Shown: positions 28,827 through 39,141, counted from the first letter of the stretch. The stretch: DNA of 64,000 bases from Planctomycetota bacterium (GCA_965223845.1 CBDCXR010000004.1:512001-576000), one strand, 5' to 3'. Notes: generated by a model from the sequence alone, not told the origin. Numbers and translations: made by a program.

Positions 28827-30056
28827 TCACTCCGCGAGCACTTTGCGGATGAGTCCCGACGGGAAGAACCCGGGATGACCGCGCCACCGAATCGTGCCCG
28901 CGCGATCGATCACGACGAGTCCCGGCAGGCTGTTCGCGAGATACGCGTCCCACACTCGATCCTCCGGGACAAACGCGACGTCCATGAACTCGAATCCCGT
29001 CTTCTCGATGTAGAGCTCCGGGCTCTCGGTGCTCTTCGGGTCGTTGGGATCGATGACGCCGAGCCACGCGACGCCCTCGTCGCCCCAGGTCGCGATCAGC
29101 CGGCGAAGGTTGGGCGCCTCTTTCGAGCAGTTCGTGCACCACGTGGCGACGAAGACGAGAATGCGGACTTCGCCGTCGAGTGAGCGGATGCCGGTCGAGT
29201 CGACGACTCCGTTCAGCCACTTCGCGGCGCGGAGCGGAGTGTACGGGCGACCGACGATCGAGAGCTGGCGAAGGTATTTTTGCGCGCGCTTCACGTCGGC
29301 GGTGCGATCGGGAAAGTCGCGAATGACTCGCGCGTAAGTGCGCCGCGCGGCCGGGATCTGATCGAGCCCGGACTGAACGATGCCGACGCGAAGAAGCGAA
29401 CGCGAGCGCGCGGGGTCCGCCGGATACTCATCGAACGCTCGCGCGTACTGAGCGAGCGCTTCGTTCTGTTTTCCGAGCATCAGCAGCGTCGATCCCGTCA
29501 TGTAGGTCGCGGACGCGGCTTTCGGGGCGCGCGGGTGCTCCTTCGTCACGGCGCGGAAGGTCGCGAGTGCGGTCTCGAGCCGCTCGATCCCTGTCGCTTC
29601 CGACACCGGCTTCTTCCGCAGATTCTGCCCCTGCAGATACTGCGTTTGACCGACTTCGAATCGGAGCTCAGCGCGCACGTCGCCGATCGGATTCTTCGCG
29701 AGACCGTCCGCGAGCACGGCGAGTGCTTCGTCGTATTGATACTGTTTTCGCAGGCTGCGGACTCGCTCGACGACGGCCTCGGCAGAGCGGAGACCCGGTC
29801 CGGAGGACGCGCCGCCGCCATCGGTCGCGGGCGAGGATGGCGATTCGTTCTGCTTCGTCGCGTCGCCGTCGCCCTTCGTCGAGGCGTCGCTCGCCACCGG
29901 CGTCGTAATCGCGTCCACCGCGGTCGTCGGATTCGCATCCGGGGCCTTCTTCTCCGGCGGCGCGCCCGAGTCTCCGGGCTCTCCGGAGCAAGCGGGAAGT
30001 GCGAGCGCGACGACGAGGAGAACGAGGGCGGGGATGACGGCGGCGGCGGAGCGCAT
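28827..30056 (-). CDS. Lipoprotein with TPR repeats and TlpA/redoxin domain
   Basis: Lipobox LPAC; TPR helices; FVATWCTNC; cis-Pro motif SLP...IDRAG. Confidence 0.85.
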   Translation of the reverse strand: MRSAAAVIPALVLLVVALALPACSGEPGDSGAPPEKKAPDANPTTAVDAITTPVASDASTKGDGDATKQNESPSSPATDGGGASSGPGLRSAEAVVERVRSLRKQYQYDEALAVLADGLAKNPIGDVRAELRFEVGQTQYLQGQNLRKKPVSEATGIERLETALATFRAVTKEHPRAPKAASATYMTGSTLLMLGKQNEALAQYARAFDEYPADPARSRSLLRVGIVQSGLDQIPAARRTYARVIRDFPDRTADVKRAQKYLRQLSIVGRPYTPLRAAKWLNGVVDSTGIRSLDGEVRILVFVATWCTNCSKEAPNLRRLIATWGDEGVAWLGVIDPNDPKSTESPELYIEKTGFEFMDVAFVPEDRVWDAYLANSLPGLVVIDRAGTIRWRGHPGFFPSGLIRKVLAE

Positions 30057-30434
30057 GAGCAGACCTCAGGGGGTGGGAATCGAGTCTCGTTTGGGGGAGG
30101 TGTCGCCGCCCTCTCGCGGCGAGCACGAATGACGATTCTACGGAGGGATCGGATCCTCATGCGACTCCGTTCGGTCACCCGCCGGCGAGACTCCGCTGCG
30201 CCTCCGGTCGCCCGGTGCGCGGACGCGACCCGGTACCGAAGATGTACCTCGCCGCGTCACGAAACGTAGCTCGAACGTCCTTCCGTCGCGCGCGCCCTTC
30301 GCGGATCTCGATGTAACTCGATCCGTTCAAGCAACTTACGCATTCGTCGATCGCTTGGTTTTCGATTTGCTCCTCCGATCGGCTCCGGTGGCGCGCTCGA
30401 GTTCCGCCGTCCGACCACGCACCCTCTCGCGCAC

Positions 30435-31910
30435 ATGACGAAACTATCCCTACCGTTTGTCGCTCTGGGACTTTTGAGCGCGCTCAGCGGCTGCGCGGCG
30501 CCGGGGACCTCCGGCGATTCCGTCCACTTGTGGCCGCTCTACGACCGAGACACCACCTCGGGTGATTCTCTCGAAGTGCTCTGGCCGCTCTACTCGCACG
30601 AGATCAACGGTCCGGAAGACTATCGGGTGAGGCAGGTCCCGCTCTTTGCGTGGGAGCGCGACGGCGCGCACCGGGAACTCGACGTGCTCTGGCCGCTCTT
30701 TAAGCTCTACTTCGGTGATGATCGTCGTGGTGGTCGCCTCGCACCGCTCTACTTCCACCATCGCTCGCCGGCGAAGAACTACGACGTCGTCTTCCCGATC
30801 CTCTGGTGGTGGCACGACGAGGCCTTCCATCTGTGGCCGCTCTATTCCTGGGACGAAGACGGCGGCCACGGAACTCTCTGGCCGCTGATCGGGTTCAGCT
30901 CGGAGAGGACGAAGATCCTTCCGTTCTTCTATTCGAAGCGGACGGAGGAGGAGCGCACGCTTTTCGTTTTCCCGTACGGATCGCGGACCGAGGGCGACGA
31001 GCGAACGCGTTGGATCGTGCCGTTCTACCTCGAGCACCGCGGGCCGGTCGATCACCTGCGTCTCGTCCTTCCGTTTTGGTACAACGCGAAGAACACGGCG
31101 GCCGACACGCGCGGCCGCGTGGTCTTTCCGTTCTACTGGGACTTTCGGCGCGAAGAGGACTACACGACGGTCGTCGCGCCCGTCTACGGCCGGCGGCACA
31201 CCGCCGCAGGTCGCGATACGCAGTTCATCGCTCCACCGCTCTATATTTACGACCGAGACCGAAGCGCGGCGCGCTCGTCGCATCACCTTCTCTGGCCCTT
31301 GTTCGAACGCGGATCTGGTACGGACTACTCGCGCACGCGCGTGTTCCCGTTCGAGTACGGCTGGGAGGAATCGGTATCGGACGCGGGCGAAGAGGGCGAA
31401 GGCGAGAACCGAATCCGCCGGTCACACTTTCGGATCTACCCGCTCTACTTTGCGAACCATCGATCGAACGGAGCGGGCGAGACGGTTCGCCACCACACGC
31501 TGTTTCCGCTTTGGTGGTACAAGGACGATCCGGTCGCGAAGCGCAGCCACAACGTCGTCTTTCCGCTTCTCTGGCACTACCGATCGGAGCATCGCGCGAC
31601 GGACTTTCTCTTTCCGCTCCTTTGGGTCCAGAACGATCTGCGAGAGGACGAGCAGTATTACTCGTTCCTTTGGCCTCTCACCTGGTACCGCACATCGCCT
31701 CGTACGAGTGATTTCAGATTCCTCTGGAAGCTCATCGAGGTGACGAACGATCGGGAAGCGGAGCGAAGTCACTGGGCGCTGAATCCGATCGTCCGGATGG
31801 AGCGGGTCGGTGAAGACGAGAGGCGCTTCGATTTGCTCGGCGGACTCTTCGGCGTTCGCGTCCGCGAGGGCGAGACGTCGCTTCGATTCTTCTATTTTCT
31901 CGAGATCTGA
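30435..31910 (+). CDS. Lipoprotein built from aromatic-Pro (LWPLY-type) repeats
   Basis: Lipobox LSGC; more than 20 (W/F/L/V/A)P(L/F)(Y/F/W)-type units. Confidence 0.85.
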   Translation: MTKLSLPFVALGLLSALSGCAAPGTSGDSVHLWPLYDRDTTSGDSLEVLWPLYSHEINGPEDYRVRQVPLFAWERDGAHRELDVLWPLFKLYFGDDRRGGRLAPLYFHHRSPAKNYDVVFPILWWWHDEAFHLWPLYSWDEDGGHGTLWPLIGFSSERTKILPFFYSKRTEEERTLFVFPYGSRTEGDERTRWIVPFYLEHRGPVDHLRLVLPFWYNAKNTAADTRGRVVFPFYWDFRREEDYTTVVAPVYGRRHTAAGRDTQFIAPPLYIYDRDRSAARSSHHLLWPLFERGSGTDYSRTRVFPFEYGWEESVSDAGEEGEGENRIRRSHFRIYPLYFANHRSNGAGETVRHHTLFPLWWYKDDPVAKRSHNVVFPLLWHYRSEHRATDFLFPLLWVQNDLREDEQYYSFLWPLTWYRTSPRTSDFRFLWKLIEVTNDREAERSHWALNPIVRMERVGEDERRFDLLGGLFGVRVREGETSLRFFYFLEI

Positions 31911-31915
31911 CTCGC

Positions 31916-32986
31916 ATGGACCGCAACGCCCGCCGCGAGGCGCAGAAACGGATCCGCCGCATCGGCGAGTTCCGCGAGGAGCTCGCCGAGCTCGAGCGGG
32001 AACGAGGGCTTACGCTCACTGCCGCGCAACGCGCGAGTCTCGATGCGCACCTAGAAACTTCGCTCGCCGATCTCACCTCTCGCTTCGATGTCGACGTCAC
32101 TCGATCGGGGAGGTGGATCTCGTGGGGCGCGCTCGTCGCGTCGATCCTCGGTGCGGCCGCGTTCTCGGCGGCGATCATCCTCTTTCTTCACCGGGTCTGG
32201 GGAGTCGTTCCGGCGAGCGTACAGGTCACGGTTCTCGTGGGAATTCCTCTCGGCTTGCTCGCCTTGACCGAGCTCCACGCTCGTCGGAAGGGAAAACCGT
32301 TCTACACCGCGCTTCTGGCGGGAGCGACGACCGTCGCCTTCGTCGTCGAGTTGAGCTCGCTCGTCGCGGTGCTTAACGCCGTTCCGTCGGTGCATCTGCT
32401 CCTCGCGGGAGGGAGCTTTGCCGTCCTCATCGCGTACGCCTACAGCCTGAGGCTCCCGCTCGCCGCGGGGTTGCTCGCGCTCTGCGCCTACCCGGCAGCC
32501 TTGCTCGCTGATCTCGAGGGATCGTTTTGGCCGCTCTTTCTCGAGAGGCCGGAAACGGTGCTCCCGGCCGCACTCGCAGTGTACGCAGTTCCGTCGTTCG
32601 TCTACCGCCGCGACCGAAGCGGATTCGGATTCGTGTATCGGATCTGTGGCGCCACTTCGCTTCTGCTCGCGGTGCTCGTCCTCTCGATCGTGGGCCACTC
32701 GAGCTACGTCCGCATGTCCATCCGGACGATCGAAACCGTGTATCAAGTCGCCGGAATCGCGCTCAGCACGGGACTCGTCGTCCACGGGATTCGACTGGGC
32801 CGAATGGGCCTAGTGAATCTCGGCGCGCTTGCCTTCGTCGTCTTTCTCTACGTGAAGCTCTACGCCTGGTGGTGGGCGTGGATGCCGAAGTATCTCTTCT
32901 TCCTGCTGGTCGGTCTGATCGCGATGCTTCTTCTCTATCTGTTCCGGCGCGTTCGCGCTCGAGTCGCGAAGGGAGGGCTAGAATGA
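31916..32986 (+). CDS. DUF2157-type integral membrane protein
   Basis: N-terminal FREELAELERE and C-terminal WWWAWMPKYLFFL pattern; many TMs. Confidence 0.8.
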   Translation: MDRNARREAQKRIRRIGEFREELAELERERGLTLTAAQRASLDAHLETSLADLTSRFDVDVTRSGRWISWGALVASILGAAAFSAAIILFLHRVWGVVPASVQVTVLVGIPLGLLALTELHARRKGKPFYTALLAGATTVAFVVELSSLVAVLNAVPSVHLLLAGGSFAVLIAYAYSLRLPLAAGLLALCAYPAALLADLEGSFWPLFLERPETVLPAALAVYAVPSFVYRRDRSGFGFVYRICGATSLLLAVLVLSIVGHSSYVRMSIRTIETVYQVAGIALSTGLVVHGIRLGRMGLVNLGALAFVVFLYVKLYAWWWAWMPKYLFFLLVGLIAMLLLYLFRRVRARVAKGGLE

Positions 32987-33729
32987 AACGCGCACTCGTC
33001 TGGATGGCCGCCGGAGTGCTCCTCGCTGCCAATGCTTCCGTTCTCGTCTCGGTTTCAGCCCAGCGGAGTTCGGATCTCGGCGGCACGATCGAGCTCACCG
33101 AACGAGAGCTGCGTCTCCCGGAACGGGTCGGCGAGAGCACGGCGCTCTTCCTCACGCTCGATTGGGACGCGATCTCGAATCCTCCGGGACGACGGCGAGC
33201 TCCCGTGTGGCTCGACGCCGGGAAGCTGGCCGAGCTCGGCTTCGACTGCGACGTGCCGGTGACCAGCTCCGACGCGCGCCGGCACTATCGGTCCCAAAGG
33301 ACCGCGATGGTCTATCTCGTCTTCGAATTCGAAGGCGAGTCGTGGAAGGGAGCGCCGCCCGACCGCAAGCGGGAAACGCGACTCTTCGCCGTCGATGCCG
33401 GAAGGGATCCGCAGGCGATGCGCGAACTCTACCCGGACCGCGCAAGATACTTGCTGATTCGCGGGCTCGTCGGGATTCATCTCCGCGAACACAGCGCGGT
33501 AGACCATACGCCCCTTCCCGAGCCGCGCCTTCACGGCTGGATCGTCGCCGTGCTGCCGGCGCAGATCTTCGTCTCTCGACCGCACAACGACGTCCTCGAG
33601 GATTTGCGCGCGCTCGACGGGCCGAGCGAGCGGCCGAAAGTCAGTTCCGTGCCGCGGTTCTCGGCGACGGTCTCCTGGGGCACTCGCGGCGAGCCGCGCG
33701 TGGAGCGCGTCCGTCGACGAGAGGATTAA
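32983..33729 (+). CDS. DUF4824-like protein
   Basis: LTERELRL, WLDAGKLAELGFD and TRLFAVDAG...LYPDR motifs; ATGA-coupled to the DUF2157 gene. Confidence 0.75.
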   Translation: MKRALVWMAAGVLLAANASVLVSVSAQRSSDLGGTIELTERELRLPERVGESTALFLTLDWDAISNPPGRRRAPVWLDAGKLAELGFDCDVPVTSSDARRHYRSQRTAMVYLVFEFEGESWKGAPPDRKRETRLFAVDAGRDPQAMRELYPDRARYLLIRGLVGIHLREHSAVDHTPLPEPRLHGWIVAVLPAQIFVSRPHNDVLEDLRALDGPSERPKVSSVPRFSATVSWGTRGEPRVERVRRRED

Positions 33730-33740
33730 GGTCCGCCCGC

Positions 33741-34673
33741 TCAGCCACCCACGAGCGCCCCGACGTGTGCGACCACTGTCGGTCCCAGCGCCTCGAGGTT
33801 GTATCCACCCTCGAGCACCGAAAGCAGCCGGCCGGGCGGGACGCGCTCGCGGAGAGACCTCGTCAACTTGGCGAAGTCTTCGTCCTCGAGAAGCAGGCCG
33901 CCGAGCGGATCGCGGCGGTGCGCGTCGAAGCCGCAGCTCACGATGACGAAGTCCGGCGCGAACTCGCGGAGGATGCGTTCGGAGTCCTTCGCGAAGAGCT
34001 CGTGATAGCGCGCGATGGGAAACGAGTGGGGTACCGGCCGATTGAGAATCGACCCGACTCCGTCGCCCGTCCCGGTCTCGTCCTCGAAGCCCGTTCCCGG
34101 GTAGTGCGGATGCTGGTGGATCGAGTAGTAAAAAACCTGCGGGTCCGCTTCGAAGATGTCCTGCGTGCCGTTTCCGTGGTGGACGTCCCAATCGATGATC
34201 CACACGCGCTCGCAGCCGATCGATCTCAGATGCCGCGCTGCGACCGCCACGTTGTTGTAGAAGCAAAAGCCCATCGCCCGCGTCGGCGTCGCGTGATGGC
34301 CGGGCGGGCGGACGAGGCAGAACGCCGAGGCCACTTCTCCGTCCGACCGGTAGACCTCTTCCGCGGCGGCGAGGACGACCCCCGCCGCGCGCGCCGCAGC
34401 GTCGGCCGAGCTCGGCGAGTGCACGGTGTCCGGGTCGAGGTGCCCGTGCGTGCCGCGAGTGGCCTGTACGCGTCGAATGTGCTCGGCGGAGTGGCAGCGG
34501 AGGAGAGCCTCGTCGGTCGCCGGCGGTGCGGTTCGCCAATCGAGCGCCGCCGCGAACGGAGCCGCCTCCAATGCCGCCCGCATGACGCGGATTCGGTCCG
34601 CGCACTCGGGGTGCGGCCCGGTGTCGTGTTCGAGGAAGATGTCGTCCGTATAGACCGGAAGCTGCTGAACCAT
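33741..34673 (-). CDS. Histone deacetylase family (Zn-dependent) protein
   Basis: HPE, RPPGHHA, GFC, DWDVHHGNGTQ, GFDAH and LEGGY motifs. Confidence 0.95.
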   Translation of the reverse strand: MVQQLPVYTDDIFLEHDTGPHPECADRIRVMRAALEAAPFAAALDWRTAPPATDEALLRCHSAEHIRRVQATRGTHGHLDPDTVHSPSSADAAARAAGVVLAAAEEVYRSDGEVASAFCLVRPPGHHATPTRAMGFCFYNNVAVAARHLRSIGCERVWIIDWDVHHGNGTQDIFEADPQVFYYSIHQHPHYPGTGFEDETGTGDGVGSILNRPVPHSFPIARYHELFAKDSERILREFAPDFVIVSCGFDAHRRDPLGGLLLEDEDFAKLTRSLRERVPPGRLLSVLEGGYNLEALGPTVVAHVGALVGG

Positions 34674-34808
34674 CGTCTCGCATGATAGCGCCTCGGCTTC
34701 GACGGGGGAACGCTCGCGGGCGGCACGGCAACGCCGTCGCCGCCGCGCGCGTCTTTACCCCCGAACCCGCGCGACTTAGGATGCGCGCAGGTCAGGAGAG
34801 CGAAAGAC

Positions 34809-36278
34809 TTGAGACGGTTTCTCATCGTTGCCGCGGCGGTGCTCGTCTGCGGCGGACTGGCGTACTGGCTCTACGAACCGCCGGAGCTTCGAGATCCGCC
34901 CACCGACAGCCTCGAGCCGGAGGAGTGGGAGTTCGACCCGGTCGACGATCCCGCGCCGCCGCCGATCGAAGAGCACGCGCTCGCGAGGGAACCGCTCCCG
35001 ATTGAGGGGCGCGTGTTCGACGGCGATGCCTCTCCCGTCGAAGGCGCGGTCATCGAGCTCGGGCGCATCGACGAGGAGAGCGAGACGTTCAGCGCGCTCG
35101 AGGAAGCCGCGACCGCGGCGGACGGTTCTTTCGAGTTTCCCGCTGCGGATCGTCCTCGCGTGCTCGCGGTGCGTTGTCGTGGGATCGGCGAGTTCTCGGA
35201 GACTTGGTCCGAGGTGATCGTCGGGATGGTGGAAGGCATCGCGCCGGCGGACGATCCGCACTCCGATCGCCCTCCGGCCCGTCCGGCGTTGATCCGCTGG
35301 ACACTCAACATCCCGAGCGAAGCGAGCGATGAGACGTCCGAGCGGTTTTGGATTTCACCCGGTTCGGTGATCGTCGAGGAGTGGGGCGAACGCGCGCGCA
35401 TTCGGTGCCGCGGGCGGACGAACCTCCCGCCGGGTGCTCACGTTGCTGCGAGCGCCCACTTCGATGGCGCTCGATTCCTGGGCGCGTACGATCCAGCCGA
35501 AGTGAGCGAAGGCGGAGGCTTCGTCGTGGTTCTCCCGAAGGGTGCCGAGGGGCAGCGTCTCTTCTCCGGGTCCTACGAAGCTCAGTTTTCGTTCAATCCC
35601 GTGCTCGAGCGGCCGAGCGCCATGGCGAAGTGGGAGGAGGAGTATCCGAGCCTGCCGTGGGAATCTCCTCTCGCCGAGGCCGCAGCGAAGTTCTTCGTCG
35701 GCGATCCCGCGCAGGCGCGCGACGAGGACATCGCGGCGCAGAACTACTACCGCCGAACCCTCGCGGCCGCCGAAGATTTGCGCGCCGCGTTCACGACGCG
35801 CACCAACGAGATCCGCCGCCTCGGAAAGGGGTGGTCGCCCGATACGATCGCTCGTCGCCGCGCGATGCGGAGCGGCTGGTTTCACGAGGACTTCGTGCTT
35901 CCCGACGGCTCGTTTGACGAGGCCGCTTGGCGACGTTTTCTCGATCGAGAGTGGCGGCCGACGGTGAGTGCGCTCCTCGACGCGCAGAAGGAGCGCGGCG
36001 TGCAAAAGTACCCGGACGCAGAAGGCAAGATGCTCTTCTTCCTCACCGGGATCCTCCAGGAGAGCTACATCTACTCGCGCTTCGTCGTTTACCCGCTCTT
36101 CGGTCTCCGAGGAAGTCCCGAGGATTTCTTCTTCGACGAGTACGGCATCGGCGATCTCCCCGTTCTCCAGCGGCGCCTCGCCTCGACGAGAGCGGGACTG
36201 GAGCGGTTCCTGCTGCTCGTGCCCGACGCGCCTGCGGACCCCGGCGAGGCTCCCGCGGCTCCTGGTGGCGCGAAGTAG
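34809..36278 (+). CDS. Membrane-anchored protein with carboxypeptidase-regulatory-like beta domain
   Basis: N-terminal TM; IEGRVFDGDASPVEGAVI...TAADGSFEF. Confidence 0.75.
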   Translation: MRRFLIVAAAVLVCGGLAYWLYEPPELRDPPTDSLEPEEWEFDPVDDPAPPPIEEHALAREPLPIEGRVFDGDASPVEGAVIELGRIDEESETFSALEEAATAADGSFEFPAADRPRVLAVRCRGIGEFSETWSEVIVGMVEGIAPADDPHSDRPPARPALIRWTLNIPSEASDETSERFWISPGSVIVEEWGERARIRCRGRTNLPPGAHVAASAHFDGARFLGAYDPAEVSEGGGFVVVLPKGAEGQRLFSGSYEAQFSFNPVLERPSAMAKWEEEYPSLPWESPLAEAAAKFFVGDPAQARDEDIAAQNYYRRTLAAAEDLRAAFTTRTNEIRRLGKGWSPDTIARRRAMRSGWFHEDFVLPDGSFDEAAWRRFLDREWRPTVSALLDAQKERGVQKYPDAEGKMLFFLTGILQESYIYSRFVVYPLFGLRGSPEDFFFDEYGIGDLPVLQRRLASTRAGLERFLLLVPDAPADPGEAPAAPGGAK

Positions 36279-36323
36279 GCTCGGCCGTCTCTCCGTCGGG
36301 CTTGGCTCTAGACTCGGAGACGA

Positions 36324-37250
36324 TCAGTTCTTTCCCGGAGCGTTTCCGTTCGCCTTCGACTTCGGCGGTGCGTTCGACCCGGGCGTCGTCTTCGATTTCG
36401 GTTCCGGCGCCTCGGGCGTGAGTACGACGCGAAGCGCCGAGCGCGGGAATTCGACTTGGACGAGACGGCTTCCCGCGTCGAGCCAGATGTTCCCGCTCAT
36501 CGCGTTCTCGGTGGTGCGAAAAGCGTAGCGTCGGGCGACGATGGCGCGATCGCCGATCTTCAGCTTTTCGCTTCCGTTCGCCCGCAGATGGACATCGAAC
36601 ACCCGGCGCTGGTCCGGGTAGTAGAGCTGGACCGTTCGGCTCGCGAACTCTCGCGGAAGCTGGGCGGTAAACACGACCCAGTGCTCGAGCGCCTGATTCC
36701 CGCAGAGGTAGACGCTCTCATCGAGCTCGCGTTCACGCACGATCGTCGACCGCTCGACATCGTTCGGGCGATACGTCACGCGGACCTTGCGCCCGTCGCG
36801 CTCGAACTTCGTGGTCTGCTTCGTGCCGCGGTCGGGCGTGGCCGCGGGAACGAGGAAGAGCGTCTCTTCGAACCGGAGCGGAGATCCTGTCGTCGTCACG
36901 AGTGTGACCCCCGTCGCTCGTCGCGTGATTCCGTCGTTCGAGTACGTCCGAGCCGATCGGATTTCGAGGATCTTCTCGCCGGGACGCGCCGGGTGCGGAA
37001 GCTCGGTCAGCCGGAATCGCGTTTCGCCGACTTTCTGCTTCTTTTGTATCCACACGAAGCGATGTTCGTCGCCGTGCGTCCAGCCGCGCGTCGGTTCCGG
37101 GCGGACGCTCGATGCCGCTCCTTCCGGACGCGTCACCTCGCCGGCGGCGAGGGGCGCAGCGATCACGAGAGCTACGGCGGTCCAAACGACGAGCGGCGTC
37201 GGTGCCGAGTGAGGTTCGGGCGGGGAATGATTCGTCGAAGGTGTGAGCAT
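36324..37250 (-). CDS. Secreted beta-rich hypothetical protein
   Basis: Signal-like segment; beta-strand pattern ending IWLDAGSRLVQV. Confidence 0.7.
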   Translation of the reverse strand: MLTPSTNHSPPEPHSAPTPLVVWTAVALVIAAPLAAGEVTRPEGAASSVRPEPTRGWTHGDEHRFVWIQKKQKVGETRFRLTELPHPARPGEKILEIRSARTYSNDGITRRATGVTLVTTTGSPLRFEETLFLVPAATPDRGTKQTTKFERDGRKVRVTYRPNDVERSTIVRERELDESVYLCGNQALEHWVVFTAQLPREFASRTVQLYYPDQRRVFDVHLRANGSEKLKIGDRAIVARRYAFRTTENAMSGNIWLDAGSRLVQVEFPRSALRVVLTPEAPEPKSKTTPGSNAPPKSKANGNAPGKN

Positions 37251-37876
37251 GTCTCAGTGCGTGGCTAACTGGGGGCCGCGAGATGAAGCGGCGGACGAGC
37301 GAATCCGCATCGGACCGTGCCGAGAGGCGCTCGAGTGCTCGCCTCACACCGGGGCCCTGCCTCGGACGACGGGCGTCCTGACCGGGGCACAGGTACGGCC
37401 GAAGACCTCCCAAACGGGGGATTTCTACGGAATGCAAACGACGCGCCAGACGTCTTAAGGGAGAGACGGAGAACGAGAGGCAATCTCGGGATGAGTCTAT
37501 CGTCGGGGCGATGATCGGGGGATGCAAGTCCGCAGCCTCGGCCTCGCTCCCCTTGGTCGTAAGATGTTGTTTCTAATCGTTTTGCGATTCTTTCGGTCGC
37601 GGTGTTCCCGGGCCGAGCGAATGTCGACGCGCCTGCGAGCGCCCCTATAATAGATAGGTTGAGGTGAGGAACTGGCTCCAGTGAGAGAGGCGATCCGCGC
37701 GCGCTCCGTCGCCGCGTCGACGTCTCTCCGCGGGAATGTTCGTCCAGGTTAGGCGTCCGGAACGGCGCGGCAGCGAGGAGACGGCCGCGAGTGTCGACGG
37801 GCGCATCGGGAGAGATGGCTGTCGCCGCGCGATCGAGTGCGGCGGACGGGTCTGACGGGCCGGCACCAGCGCGAGG

Positions 37877-38902
37877 ATGACTTCCGTGCACCGGCTCGCT
37901 GCGAGGGTTTCCTGCATGGTGCGTAAGCTGGAGAAGATCGAGAAGGAAATCGGCTACTGCGACGTCAAGCTCGAGAAGGAGCGTCGTCTGCGGACCCAGG
38001 TCGAGTTCCTTTCCGCCGAGCTCGAGGCGGTCGGTCGGTTCCTCAAGCTCTACGAGAGCTCCGATCTTCAGCTCCACGAGCTCCCCTTCGGGGAGATCGC
38101 CCAGCAGATCGCGATCGAGCGATCGAGGAGCGAAGAGCCCGGGCCGGCCTACCAGCGGGCTCGCGACAGCTTCGTCTCTGCCGGCGTGTTTCAAATGGTG
38201 CGCGAGGACCGCGAGATCCTCAGCCGCGAGCGCGATGAGCTCCACTCGAAGTTGATGAGCTTTTCGGGGTTCCTCTCGAAAAAGCGCGTGCTCGCCGAAG
38301 AGCGCCGCATGGCGCTCGGTGCACTCGCGCCCGCTCATTCGGGTCGAGTGCGCAAGCTCGCCGACGACTTCAAGCGCGTCGAAGATCAGTGGAACAGCCT
38401 CACGGAGGACGCGCTCAACCTCGATGAGGCTCTCTTCTTCCTCTCGCGAAACGTCGACTACGTGAAGAGCGCGCGGGCGTTTCTCGTCGCGGCGAAAGGG
38501 AACTTCGACGTCGAGAACTGGCTCGACAGCGGCTACCAATCAGATCTCTTCCGCCATTCGAACATCGCGCGGACTAAGGAGATGCTCGACGGGGCGTGTC
38601 GCAACCAGAAGCTCGCTCAGAAGGAGCTGAGCTGCATGGTGCACCTTCGCGTCGAGCTCGAAGGATTCGAGCCCGTGCTCGTTGAATTCCTCGACGCGCT
38701 GTTCGGAGATATCTTTCTCGACGCAAGGCTCCACCGCTCGCTCGAGCACGTCGAGTCTGCGCTCGGAAAGTGCGAGGAACACCTCCAGGCGGTGCGCAGC
38801 CGGCAAGAGGTCCTGCACGAGAAGCTCGACCGCACCGAGAAGGAGCGGAACGTCCTCTTCCAGCGGATGGGCGGCGAGCGCCGCGGTCGCGTCGCGAACT
38901 GA
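37877..38902 (+). CDS. Alpha-helical coiled-coil hypothetical protein
   Basis: 341-aa ORF with typical codon usage and heptad-rich E/K/R/L sequence; start may be 37916. Confidence 0.8.
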   Translation: MTSVHRLAARVSCMVRKLEKIEKEIGYCDVKLEKERRLRTQVEFLSAELEAVGRFLKLYESSDLQLHELPFGEIAQQIAIERSRSEEPGPAYQRARDSFVSAGVFQMVREDREILSRERDELHSKLMSFSGFLSKKRVLAEERRMALGALAPAHSGRVRKLADDFKRVEDQWNSLTEDALNLDEALFFLSRNVDYVKSARAFLVAAKGNFDVENWLDSGYQSDLFRHSNIARTKEMLDGACRNQKLAQKELSCMVHLRVELEGFEPVLVEFLDALFGDIFLDARLHRSLEHVESALGKCEEHLQAVRSRQEVLHEKLDRTEKERNVLFQRMGGERRGRVAN

Positions 38903-39141
38903 GTTTGTGGCCGCACTGGGTTTGTGGCCGCACTGGGTTTGTGGCCGCACTGGGTTTGTGGCCGCACTGGGTTTGTGGCCGCACTGGGTTTGTGGCCGCA
39001 CTGGGTTTGTGGCCGCACTGGGTTTGTGGCCGCACTGGGTTTGTGGCCGCACTGGGTTTGTGGCCGCACTGGGTTTGTGGCCGCACTGGGTTTGTGGCCG
39101 CACTGGGTTTGCGGGGGCACTGGGCTTGCGGCCGCACTGGG
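38898..39141. repeat. 17-bp tandem repeat (ACTGGGTTTGTGGCCGC) x ~14
   Basis: 11 perfect head-to-tail copies (38915-39101), one variant before, two degenerate copies plus a partial after; no spacers. Confidence 0.97.

Noticed and set aside
38898-39141. CRISPR array
   Set aside because: Units are 17 bp and head-to-tail, with no unique spacers and no cas genes in the window.
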